A stretch of DNA of 64,000 nt from Selaginella moellendorffii (lineage: Eukaryota > Plantae > Lycopodiophyta): positions 1,735,718-1,799,717 of the forward strand of contig NW_003314286.1 of assembly GCF_000143415.4 (NCBI RefSeq), in the 5' to 3' direction. The notes under the pieces are model-generated. The model saw nothing but the letters and a program-made list of their open reading frames with translations, did no database searches and had not been told where the DNA came from. The position numbers and the translations under genes were made by a program. Of the stretch, positions 46,690 to 58,359 are shown piece after piece (the first letter of the stretch is position 1; every line of letters begins with the position of its first letter).

Positions 46690-47580
46690 TTACCACTTTT
46701 TAGACTGAAGCAGTAGCACAAGCCAGAGTGGTTTCTTGCAAAACACTGCTGAGGAAATAGTGACATCCACCACCATGGTGGTGTTCCAACCTTGAGCTCC
46801 AAATCCAAACCTCATTTGCTCCAAGTCATATTCCACCCTCAAGACGAGCTGCCAGTACGTTCCTATGACATTCAGGTACAGTCCAATGCTCTCAGACCTC
46901 CCGATTTCCATGCAAATGGTATTTTTCACGTTGCCTGAATCATCAAGCGAAAACCATGTTGGCACTTAGATTCAAGCACCTGATAAAAGAGGGGCTGCCA
47001 GTGGAGGAAAGTCTGCTGTTTGCCGAAATGTTGTGTCGAAGCTCCAGGCCAAGAGCATCTGCAATGCTGCTTGACACTTCCACCAGGTTAGTGGTGTAGC
47101 TTCTTATTGCTTGTACCAGCTGGGTGTAGAAATCCGATGCCAAGTAGCTCAAGAAGGTGGTGTCAATGACTGTTCAACCGGTTCCATTGGAAAGAAATCC
47201 CCGAATTGGAACTTGAAACTTGTTATTGTCGATAGAAATGGTAGCTAAGCTGATGAAGTAGAGCTCGGCTGCTTGTGGGTTTGTGATCATGGGGCATGGA
47301 CGAAGAAATGGAGGCGTTCCTGAGCTTGTAGTTACCTATTACAAGCTTTCCACGGAAAGTATCCGAGGGCAAACAGTAAATAAACTTGCTCCTGTACCCC
47401 AACGCGCTCAATTGCCCCATGAATGATACGTTACTCTTGTCAAAACCCACAAAGACGTTCGAGCAGCCCCCCACTGTCGCGGGCACAACCCAAGGACAAG
47501 TTGGCCGCGGAGTTCCACGGCTGAGATCCATGGCGAAGTTGAGTGCACCATCGAGAAAGAAGTTGCCTTCCAAGGCTTGG
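46690..47580 (-). pseudogene. Nepenthesin-like (A1B) aspartic protease pseudogene
   Basis: Frameshifted fragments: FIYCLPSDTFRGKLVIGNY, TVIDTT-FLSYL, ICMEIGRSES..NVIGTY..VEYDLEQMRFGF. Confidence 0.8.
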
Positions 47581-47933
47581 CTGCTTTTTCGAGAAGGGGC
47601 AAAAACAGGTTAGTGTTGACAATTGGCGTCCTGTTGGGCGGGAAGAAAACAACACCACGGGAGTCCTTGCACGCTGTCCTTGAAAGAATCCTGCAAAAGT
47701 TACCAACAAGAGCACACTTGCTACACAAGAGCAAATTGCAAAGGCGAAGGAGCTATATATCTCGAGTTTACAAATCAAACCAGACTATATTGACATGGTT
47801 TTGTATAGTAAACTTGACAAGATAAAGTTTTGAAGGTGTCTTACTTACATCAGGAGAGGAAGAAAAGAAAACGCTTGAGTTGTAGAAGATTTCCACATGA
47901 AGACGTATGTAAAACCAGAAGAAGTGTCAAGGT

Positions 47934-48422
47934 TCATGCTGACATTACATCCTGCTGTTCCAAATCCAATCTCCTGCTTTTCCAATTCAAGTTCTCAAAG
48001 TGATAAGTCAGAGTTTGTGGTGGTGGTGTGTCACCATTTACAGAAACATTGTAGCAGAAATCGTTGCCAAGCAGTGCTGCAGTTTCGTTGCTCGATACTT
48101 GAGTAAGGTTGGAGTTGAGGTTTTGTATGGCTTGCACAAGAGGGGTGTAGGAATCTGGTGTGAAATAGCTGAATGCAAACATGGAATCAATGATCGTTCC
48201 TCCAGTTCCATTTGCAAGAATGCCTTTCACCAGAAAAGTCAACGTGTCGTTGATATTTATGGATCTCAAATGGATGTAATGCAACGCAGTGGAATTTGGG
48301 TTACAATCATTGGAGAGTAAGAAAGAGAGGAGTTTGATGATTTCTTATAGTTGCCAAACACGATTTTGCTACTAAACGTATCAAATGGAACACAATAAAT
48401 AAACGTGCTTGTATAGTCCATT
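47934..48422 (-). pseudogene. Aspartic protease pseudogene 2, 3' half
   Basis: MDYTSTFIYCVPFDTFSSKIVFGNY..HYIHLRSINI..GTGGTIIDS..CYNVS..TLTYHF. Confidence 0.75.
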
Positions 48423-48859
48423 TTGTATCCAAACTATGTACCACTCTCATCACACTAAAAAGATAATCGAGCCATGGGATTTTGGGTGTGTTTCAGGATA
48501 GAGAGATTGAAGAATGCAAAGAGCTGCATCATTTTCTCTCTGCAAAGGTGTATCGATTGGCTTTTTATGGATGATGCTGCTGCTGAAGTATTGTAATTAT
48601 CACCAAGTAATGTATGCTATTAATCATGAGATGCTTTTTTGATTATAATTATTAGACATAGTTTTCATGAGCAGAATCAATTTTGAGTGAGTAGTGTTAC
48701 AACATAAACAGTCAAGAGTGTTTACATGAGTTTACAGTGAGTTTATTTACTGTCTAACTTTTTAGCTTTTCCAATGTTTGTCTTACATCTTGAGTGCTTA
48801 CAATTTTGTTAAGTAGATTGTTTATTGTTTTTAATTCATAATACTTATGCCCTTTTCTG

Positions 48860-49344
48860 TTTTTGAATGTGTGGATGACAATTCCATCACAAGCAAAAGG
48901 ACTCTAGTTTGTTGTCCACAATCACCATGTGGTTGAGGTCCCACCCTAATCTTGAAAGGTCTTTCACAACTTTTTTTCATCTGACTTCCTTGGTCAAGTG
49001 CGAATCTCTGTAGAGACAATGGGTAAAAAAATTTCCAATTGGATTGAGCTTGTCCAAAATTTTTTTTACATATAGCTTCATTGCTCCAGTAAAAACCATA
49101 ATCTCATATATTTTACTCATCTTTTTTAGAAAGCCAACTTTTTTGCCATAAGGTAGTGCTCTAGTAGAATAGTTTTCCCATTGAAGAGTTTGAGGGATGT
49201 TATAGCCTTCTGGACATGGATTAGTGTCTCATTTATATCTAACATAAGTGTGGGTTTTTTCTCTAAAGCTGGTGGTAGTAGCAAAGAATTGTTTGACAAC
49301 TTCACCTTTTTGTTCTTCTCTTTGATGGTGATGTTAAGCATCAT
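48860..49344 (-). pseudogene. CTD small phosphatase (NIF/FCP1-SCP, HAD family) pseudogene fragment, intronless
   Basis: LLPPALEKKPTLMLDINETLIH (eroded TLVLDLDETLVH), YEIMVFTG, ILDKLNP..HCLYRDS; contains stops. Confidence 0.7.
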
Positions 49345-49727
49345 AAAACTCCCCCATACTCCTATAGCCTCTTCATAGTTATGAAGAAAAATAAAAAGAA
49401 TGTAAGCCCTAGCTTAATTGCAGTGAATCTTTATAAATTAAGTTAATACATATGTTGCTTGGCCAAAATTATGGAAGTAGAAATTCAACAATGACACCAA
49501 CCCCAACACTAAGAGTCTCTGGGCAGCTCAAGCTCCACACTCGGGATCTTTGTGAATCTTCTAAGCAGCTAGTAACAAGACCCAAGCAACACTCTCAAGC
49601 TTGAAGGGCGTGTTGTGGATGAGTTCCTTAACTTTGTCCAACTCTTTGGCCCTTGCAAATGTGTCAACAAACCCTAGTGTTCTACTGTGGGCTTGACTCT
49701 AGAGTCCCAGATCATTAATTAGAAGTA

Positions 49728-50310
49728 TGTAATCTCCTGAGTTTGGACTTCCCGGAAGGTCATCCAGCCCAATACTATTTAAACCTAAGGACGCTTAACC
49801 TCAAATATCCCAAGACCCTTAACTGATTGGAAAAAGGGATACACTCTTATTCATGGGCTCTTTCCCTTTATATTTGAACCCTTATGGGTTGTTCTCTTTG
49901 GTTGCTTATAATTCACCATGTTTCTCTACAAGTTCATGCCCTAGTGAATAAAAGCTAAGGGCCGCAGCTCTCCCGAGAGCCCCGCTCTCTTGACACCCTA
50001 CCCCTCGGGTCGAGCCCAGCAGAAGCAAATTGGACCAACCAGATGTCAACTAACATGTGGTGTGATTCCTTTAGCCAACCAACAAAGTCGAACTTAAGAC
50101 TATTCCGATACCAAATGTAAGCTCTTGAGTTTAGACTTCCCAGGAGGTCATCTAACCCAATACTATTCAAACCCAAGGACACTTAACCTCAAGTATCCCA
50201 AGACCCTTAACCGATTGAAAAAGGGAGTGCACTTTTATTCATGGGCCCTTTCCCTCTATATTTGAACCCCTATGGATTGTTTCTCGAGTCGTTTCCTTTG
50301 GTTGCTTACA
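49728..50310 (-). mobile_element. Cassandra-type TRIM (583 bp) with 5S rRNA-derived LTR segments
   Basis: 5' LTR 50310-50116 (TGTAAG..CTTACA) and 3' LTR 49910-49728. PBS TGGTATCGGAA, ~205-bp non-coding interior, perfect TSD AAGTA (49723-27 and 50311-15). The LTR segment 50187-50134 matches the 3' half of plant 5S rRNA (43/54 against a consensus recalled from memory). Confidence 0.9.
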
Positions 50311-50339
50311 AAGTAGTCTTAAGATCTTCACCACACCTA

Positions 50340-51700
50340 AGTGGCAGCACACCACAAGCACACTCATAAAGACGATGTGATTAGGCATCATGCTCTCTTG
50401 GATGGTCCTATAGAAGGTTTCCAAGGCCCCAATTACATGCCCAGTGGAAGCATACATAGTGACCACATGAGACCAATTCTTGCTCTAGCATTCTCTCGAA
50501 CCAAACTCAAGCTTCCAAGAGGAGTCCCTTGTGAGTGAAGCCTGCCACCATTGCCATCTAGGTGATCACATCATGCTCCTCAGTCACCTGGAAGAGGCTC
50601 ATCGCTTCTTGGAGGTGGCCGTTCCAAAGATAGGCCGAGAGGAGCACTGTGCTTGCTATCTTGCTATCATAAGGCATTTTCAAGATGGTTTCTAGAGGCA
50701 AGCATATGGATCATTGTCGTCCAAGAGATCTCGTCACAGTGAGCCATCTTTTGGAAAGAATCTAGTGCCTCGTCCAAATGCCCATTCGCGGCATATGGGC
50801 AAATCATGGAGTTCCAAGCCACCACGTCTTTGTTTGGCAGCCTCTCAGACAAAGGTTTAGCCTTTCCCACGGAGCCGTTAGATGCCTAGCCGTCAATCAT
50901 AGCTGTAAATGCCACCTCACTAAACTTCGGGGCATCTTCAAAGAGAATCTTTGTATGCTCCATATGCCCTGCCTGGGCATATGCTGTGATCATGGTCGTC
51001 CATGTTACTGCATTCCTTGTGGGCATTCTATCAAAGAAATCTTTAGCTTCATCCAGCCCCTTGTTCTGGCAGTGGCCTTGTATCATGGCCGTCCACGCCA
51101 CCACGTCCTTTTGGGGCAGCTAATAGACACACCGAGAGATGCCCGTTATAGGACGATCATGGCGGTGCTAGAAACGAGGGTTTGCTCAGGCATAGAGTGG
51201 AATACCGCCTCCGCCTCGCCGAGATTGCCACTCTGCGAGTACATCTCGATCATCGTGTTCCAGGTGATGGAATTCTTTGGCAGGGATGCGATCGAAGAGC
51301 TGCTTGGCGCGCTGCACGTCCCCGGCCGAGATCATGGCATTAATCTCCTGCCGCGGCATGCTTTCCAGGACCGATCGCGCCTGCTCCAGGTCGTGGTTGG
51401 GAATGTAGGCCTGGAGGGTGAGATTCCAAGTGAAGAGATTGCGATCCGAGGTAGAATCGAAGACCGCTAGGCAGCCGCAGCGGCCATACATCTGGACGAG
51501 GAGATTTCACAGGAAGACGCTGTTATTGTGGTCGCTGTGAAGGATCTGGGCGTGGATCCGGCGGCCGGACTGTCGCAAGATCTGACGAGGGCGGCAAGCT
51601 CTTGGACGCCAGGAACGCGCATCGCATCGTGGCCGTTGGATGATGGGGACGTCTGAGGTTCAATTCCTGGCAGGTTCTAGCTACCAGCGACGAAGTTTTC
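50340..51700 (-). pseudogene. PLS-class PPR protein pseudogene
   Basis: Frameshifted repeats: MYGRCG, RNLFTWN, DVVAWTAMI, DVVAWNSMI, PNHIVFMSVLVVCCHLG. Confidence 0.85.
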
Positions 51701-51840
51701 ATGGCACGCGGCGAGAACTCATCCCCCGTCGTGCAGCCGCACTCCAAATGCCGCAGGCAATCGCAATCGGGGGCGCTCGTCAAGGACACAATTAATTTCC
51801 ATCTTTTCTTGTGGCTTGGATGGATTTCTCTTGCTGCGAG

Positions 51841-52140
51841 TTCAGCAAGTTGTTCGATGAATGACTTGTTTGTCTTTGCAAATCCCACCAGGCCTGATGT
51901 ATTGATAGTTCCCAGCAATGTCGTGCTTTCTCGACCACGTCCAAGGGACATTCTAAGGCTTTTATTGCTTCTAGTTTTGCGTGGAGTTTTCATGGTTACA
52001 ACAACACTAGCCATCTCACCGGCTGAGGAGTATTTGGGGCTGTAAGAAGCATTATATAAGCAAGTCGTGGAAGCCACGGCTGAAGATCCGCAAGCGTTTG
52101 TGGAGAAATCAGGGATCTCGAGCAGAAAGGAGAGGTGCAA
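51841..52140 (-). pseudogene. Aspartic protease pseudogene 2, 5' half
   Basis: TCLYNASY..SSAGEMA..MSLG(C)GRES..SGLVGFAKTNKSFIEQLAE; the expected continuation lies at 48422. Confidence 0.7.
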
Positions 52141-52570
52141 GGAATTCTAGTGAGATTTCTAGTGTATGATGTGGATGATACTGGTGAAAAGCGGGGTTGT
52201 GCTACATGGGAGTTCCCAAATTGAGATTCATGGCGCCGTTATCTACAGAGAAACTCGTCTCAAGGCCTTCGTCTCCTCCTCTCAAAAACTCGGGGGAGTT
52301 GGCTGGAGTTCGTCTTCGCTCGAGATAATTTATACATGGTTAAAACATCTTCTATATCTGCTTGATTTAATTGGTAACACACAAACATGGCAACTTAATT
52401 TAGTTTCACAAATATTATTTCTTTTTTATTCCATTCTTAGAAACTTTATACAAACGGAAATCTGTTGCAAGAAGAGCAACTACAACAACACAAGTACTTG
52501 GTAGAAATGGACAGCTGCTTCTAAAATACTACTCATGTCGCAGCTCCATCGTATCTATAGATAGTAGCTT

Positions 52571-52996
52571 TCACTTGTGGCAGCTGCAATCGTTGCAGGA
52601 GCAGTTTGGCCCACACTTGCATCCATTCTCCTCTCGCGACATGACAGATTCCCCAGAGATTCCAGACGAGGCGGAGACAATGCTGCTCAAGCTGTGTCAC
52701 ACGAACTCGTGATTAGCCAAACCAGCCGCCAAAGATTTCCCAAATTTTCAAATTCGAAAAAGTGCACGAACCTCATGTCTCCAGCAGCCTCTCGCATGAG
52801 CAGAGTGCTCTCGTCAAAGGAGCGGCCGCACCTAGAACATCACAAGCCAAGGATGTGAGAACCCACGAATTCACAAAGAGGGCTTTCACAAGCCCGGCGA
52901 AATCAAAGCTCCGGGGCGCTCGAAAACTCACTTGCAGCCGCTGCCGCAGGAGCAGTTCGACCCGCAGTTGCAGTTGGCACTTCCGCAGCCAGACAT
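52571..52996 (-). CDS. MT: Plant metallothionein (type 1/2-like), 3 exons
   Basis: Exons 52996-52932, 52831-52772 and 52682-52571 with GT-AG junctions. Product: MSGCGSANCNCGSNCSCGSGCKCGRSFDESTLLMREAAGDMSIVSASSGISGESVMSREENGCKCGPNCSCNDCSCHK*. Not in the ORF track. Confidence 0.93.
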
Positions 52997-53674
52997 TTTC
53001 GAGCGATCGAAGCGAAGAAGAAAAACTGGCGAGAGAGGAAAGAAGCTAAGCTATACACTCAAAAATACTCTAACTTCCCGTGCGTTTTATTGGCTGATCC
53101 ACCGGCTGTAGCCGGTAGACACGACGCCCTGTACCGTGGAACCCACCGGCTACAGGCAGTCGTTCAACCTTATGGCACGTAAAGTTGCTCCTCACCGCCA
53201 CGTGCACGTCGCGACGAGGGGTAAAAACCAAGGAGCACGGCACCTCGGGACCACGTGGCAAGCTTCCATTGCTTACAACTCTACGGTGCACGACAAAGTG
53301 GCACCAATAATGCCAACAAGTGGAATTTTCTGTGACGGAATCAGTTTTGATGATGCCAAATAAGCGGCCACCTTCTGTTTTGACTCGGATATTCCGTGAT
53401 ATTTTTTGGTTTTCCCAATGTTGACCTTCTTGTACTATAATACTTGTACTCCAGCAAACGTAATAGATGATACCTTCGGCTGAAGCGTCACTCGAAGAGG
53501 TAAGCAACACCATCAAGTTAGCTAGCACTAATATCCCGAGATTTCACAATCAACGTCTAGGTTGGCTCGACCGAATCAAACCAACCCAACAAAAATGAAG
53601 TCATTCTTATAGCTTTGTCCCCACCAGATCAGTCTTATAGATAACACAAACGACCTTGCCTTTTAGGGTTCTTC

Positions 53675-54920
53675 ATGGCGACGGCGCTTCCCCGCTTCTA
53701 CTGCGACAGCCTGCCCACTTCAAAGGTATAAAAACGGACCCTCTCCTTTGTCTCCGATTCGGTCGATTATAGGATAGAATGTCGCTGCGCTACAGGGCAC
53801 GGCTGTGGAGATTGACGGGCAAGAGTTTTGGCACATGACAAAGGTCTTGCGGCTTGGACAAGATCAAAGGTTTACTTTGTTTGTTGGTGTCTCCGGAAGA
53901 ATTTCTTACAACTTTGGACTTACAGGGTCGAGCTGTTTAACGGGCGGGGCGGCATTGTCACCGCGGCTGTCTCGGCTGTTAGAAGGTCCAATGTGGAGCT
54001 TGTGGCCGTGGAGGATCTTTGCACGCTTCCACCACCAGTCGACAGCGAGAATTGGCATCTAGTGGCTGCTTTCGGTATGCTACCAAATCCCAAAACATTG
54101 TAGCCATCTAGCCGGCGATTTCATGAATCCTTGCTTTTTTCTTTCCAGCCGATTTGAAAGGTGGACGAGCCGACTGGATGGTCGAGAAATGCACGGTGTG
54201 GCTTGGAAGAAAATTAAACTACTAGCTTGTGTTCTTATAGTGTCTTTTTCGCTTTGGTCCCAGGAGCTAGGAGCGAGAACCTTGACTCCACTCGCAACCG
54301 AGAGGTCCACCGGAGTTTGTAGCAACAGGAGCACTAGATGGAAACGGGTTGTCCTCGCTGCTACCAAGCAATGTTGGTCACTTTTGTAAGATTGTAGCCT
54401 TATTCTTTTCTTTCTAAATTGATGTTTCCTGCTTTGCAGGTCAAAGGCTACACTCTATGGAGCTGCGACAGTCTCTTAACATCAGCTCACTCAAATCACA
54501 GGTGCTAAAAAATAATGAAGACAGTGCTAAGAAACTAGCTATGACTGAATCCGCAACTTGAAGGTTTCTGGATCATCCCACGTTTCTTTGCTAGCCACAG
54601 CAGGCGCAACGGAAATTGTGGAAGTTTTCAACGATTCAAGCAAAGATATCAGAGGAGGAACTCTCATTGTTGGACCAGAAGGAGGTAAAAGCTTGTCCAA
54701 ATTTCCTCGGAAGCTTTTGATGATTTTTTCTTCCAACTTTTTTGTTCTTTTGATAGATTTCACAGATGAAGAAAAGTATGATCTTGTAGCAGCCGGTGCC
54801 ATGCCTGTTGGTCTGGGCCCTCGGAGGCTACGAGTCGAGACCGCGGCCATCGCCATGCTTGCAACAGTGATGTTGGTGTCCGAGGCAAAAGCTACAAGAA
54901 GAAAAGCAAAAGCCCTGTGA
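53675..54920 (+). CDS. rsmE: 16S rRNA m3U1498 methyltransferase RsmE homolog (organellar-type), multi-exon
   Basis: Spliced motifs LPRFY..EFWHMTKVLRL..VELFNG..KGGRADWMVEKCTELG..AATKQCQR..IVGPEGDFT..LGPRRLRVETAA. Confidence 0.9.
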
Positions 54921-54975
54921 GAATCTAGTGCAAAGTTGCTCTCTTTTTTCATCTAGGGCTTTGATTGATGCTACC

Positions 54976-55509
54976 ATGGCCAAGCTTGGACTTCGCTCCA
55001 TCTTCATGCTCATGGCGATAATCCTCCTGGCAGTGGGTCTGTACCAGAGGCTTTGGGTCGTGCAAATGGACCTCAACCACGAGCGCCACAACAGGTATCT
55101 GTCTGATCGATTGCTACATTCTTCCTCTTTTCTCTTTTGCCTGGATCCAGACAGATCTACCAAAAGCTTTACAATGAAGCGCTAGACGAGGTCGCCGAGT
55201 GGAGGAAGAAGCTCGACGTGGAGCTCGAGAGTAGCGAGAAACACCAGCAAAGGTTGCAACAAGTTAAGCTCTCTCTTTCTCTCCATGCCTCGATAAGAGG
55301 TTTCTTAACCAGCGCGATTCCATCCAGATGACTGACTTGATGCGCGAGAGGGAGCGCACGATTCAGCTGCTTCTCCAGGAAAAGCTCAAGCTCGATCAGG
55401 TATGCAAGTCTATTTCCTCGCTCCAAGTTGCTAATTGTTGTCTCGTCTCCAGGAGATCAAACGCCTAAACAAGAGCCAGGAGCTTCCAGTCAAACAAAGT
55501 CAAATGTAG
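54976..55509 (+). CDS. Uncharacterised small protein: N-terminal TM/signal anchor plus coiled coil, 4 exons
   Basis: MAKLGLRSIFMLMAIILLAVGLYQRLW..|QIYQKLYNEALDEVAEWRKKLD..|MTDLMRERER..|EIKRLNK..QM*, with short GT-AG introns. Confidence 0.7.
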
Positions 55510-55519
55510 TCAACCATTT

Positions 55520-57229
55520 TCAAAGAATCGTAACTAGAGGTCTTCTTGGTCGCTAGGGCTTTCTCCTCGGGCCCCAGCTATGGTGATCGCCTGCGGCGGA
55601 ATAATGCCGGCGCGCTCACGGCGAGATCATCGCGAGCGGCCTCGCGGCGCACGCGAATCTCCGTGAGAGGAGTTTGCTCTCGTGGAGAGTCATGTTCTCG
55701 GCATTCGCCCACAGCGGGCATTTGCGAGAGGCATTGCAGCTCTTCTACAAACTCGGATCTTCTCACTTTCACCATGGCATTCGGTGCGTGCTCGCGCGTT
55801 GGAAGCTTCTTAGAGGCCCGGGATTTGTACGCGAGATTTGCCAGTGGCATCTGCGCGCTCGCAACGCTTTGATTTACATGTTTGCGGAGTGCGGGAGCCT
55901 GGACAAGGCCCGGGGCGTTTTCGATGGGATGGATCGGGACTCTGTGAGCTGGAACACCATCTTCACGGCCTATGGAAACGATGAGGTACTTCGCCTTCTT
56001 CGAGAATTTGACTTGAGTGGATTTGTAGCAGACTCCGGTCACCTATCTCGCGATCATCAAAGGCTGCTCCAGCTTGAAACGAGGCAAGGAGATCCATGCT
56101 CTGTGATTTAACTCCGGGAGCTTGCGAGATGGCAGAGAGATGTTCGACTCTCTCGTCGCTTTCAATGCCATGATCGGAGCTTACGCCCAAGCTGCGAGCG
56201 GTGGCTCGCAGGCCGTTTCTCTCTTTGAAAAGCTGGATCTGGAGGGCTTCTCCCCTAGCCGGTCGAGAAGTTCACGCGCGGGTGATTTCTAGCGGCGTGC
56301 GGCGGAACTATATCCTGGACAACGCGCTCCTCAGGTGCGGCAGCCTCCACGACGCGAAGAAGGTACGCTGCTTACGTAATGGTGGCTGCTTACGCTCTCC
56401 ATGGCCGCCACCGCGAGGCCATCTCGGTGTTCTACACCATGGACGTGGAGCCGAACTCGGTGACTTTCACCAACGCCATTGCTGCTTAGCTCGATGCTGG
56501 AGAACTCGGAAGCTCCACTCACGGATACAGTCCCGTCGCATCAAGCTAGCTTGCGGCCGAGAACTTTCTAGTGAAGTTGTACGCAAGCTGCGGAAGCCCG
56601 AGAGCTCCTTCGAGCTGATAAGCAGGAAGGACGCATCGTCCTGGAACGCTTTGATGGTGCCTTACATCCAGCAAAATGAGTGCTGCGGCGCCCTTGCTCT
56701 CGCGAAGAGACCTCGAAGGCATCAAGCTGGACTCCGTCACCTTCGTTTACTTGATCACGGCCATCGCTGCTGCCGGCAGCTCCGGGTGTACGGCCAGGCG
56801 AATCCACTCACGGGTTCTCGAGCGCTCCTGGCAGCCGGAGGCCATGGTGGTGATAGCAACGCCTTGATCAACATGTACGCCGCCAGAGTGTTCGAGGAGA
56901 TGCCGGTGAAGAACGACACGTCCTGGACGGCGCCCGAGCTCTCGCGCTCTACGATGAATGGAGCTCCACCATGCGATATAACACTTAACGTGGTCCTGCT
57001 CGCTTGCAATCACTCGGGTCTCCAGGAAGAAGCGTGGTATCACTTTACTTATACGTCGCGAGACTATGGAGTGGAGCTGAAGAGAGTCCACTACCATTGC
57101 ATGCTCGATGTCCTTGCGCGGCAGGATCTCTTGGAGGAGGCGTGCCATTTGCTAACAACGATGCCCTGCGAGGGTGGAGTAAGCATGGAGGGTGCTTTCA
57201 TGACCCATGGCGTCATTTCATATTTCTAG
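55520..57229 (+). pseudogene. PLS-class PPR pseudogene
   Basis: NALIYMFAECGSLDKARGVFD..DSVSWN, VLLACNHSGL..HYHCMLDVLAR; many frameshifts. Confidence 0.85.
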
Positions 57230-57506
57230 AAATCTTTTATGTTAGTAAAATATGTCATTTTAACATCAATCATCTTACAATCTGGCATAAGTATTTGATC
57301 GTAAAGAATAAACTCAAGAATTTAAATGTAATATAAGAGCTTGACATCAGTATATCAAAACCAAGAATTTTACAACACATTATTCACAGCAGTTGGCCTT
57401 CTTTTGCATGGAGAACAAAAGAGCTGAAAACACACAATCAGGTTCTTTGATGGAGTTAACCCCCGGTTTCATCATCTATATATTCACTTCAGTATCAACA
57501 GACAGC

Positions 57507-58300
57507 GCCTCATTTACCTCTTTGGTGATACCATGCAAGTTCCTCTTCGGCCTTGACAACCGGGTTCCTGCGTGCGTGTACACGATTAGAATCCATGAAA
57601 CTTACTTTGAAGCTTCGGCTGCCTTTGCAACTTTCTTGCCAAGTTTGCGCTCCTTCGTTTCTCTGTACAACACTCATCTCCAAACTGCTAATGGTTTTGT
57701 CCATCTTCAGGAGGTTCACCTCGATTCAGGACAACTTGTGGTTGTAGTTTCTTGTCTAAAGAACATACCTAGATTAACAAACTCAGAACGAAAAGAAGTT
57801 CGCAATATACCTTATCAAGACCACATACAGACCGCGCATAAAACTTCAATCCGTTAGCATTAGAAACAATTCAAATGTTGCTTTACAAGGCAGCAACACT
57901 TCCTTCATCTTTGTTTGCAGACCAACCAAGGTTGCTGTAACATGCTTACCTCATCACACTTCTTAGACAAGGAATTGAGGTCTTTTTTCTTTTCCCCCAG
58001 TCAATCCGGTATCTTCCTCCTCTGACTCTTCATCTTCATCGTGTAGAATACCAGTTTTTTGCATGGCGGCCTACGCGTAGCACCGCCGAGCTCTCGAGCT
58101 CTACCATGGACCACGGTAACTCTTCCTTGTGCTCCTGCTCGCTTGCAACCACTCCGTGTCGTGGTATCACATCACTGCGAGACTACGCCGTGGAGCTGGA
58201 GAGAGTCACTACCATTGCATGCTCGACGTCCTTGCGCGACAGGGCCTCTTGGATGACCCATGGCGATCACAAGCTTGGAACTCTGGCCGTCGAGCGCTTA
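57507..58300. pseudogene. Patchwork duplicate of Sas10 segments (57507-58055, -) plus a copy of the PPR 3' end (58060-58300, +)
   Basis: Blocks match ~58652-58900, ~59565-59655, ~59848-60060, ~60405-60490 and ~56920-57215. Confidence 0.8.
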
Positions 58301-58359
58301 AGCACGAATGTGACAACCACTTTACCTTTTAAAAACTATTTCAAGTTCGGAAATTTGTG

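Noticed and set aside
50134-50187. 5S rRNA gene
   Set aside because: Only the 3' half is present, it is diverged, and it lies inside LTRs bounded by a TSD.
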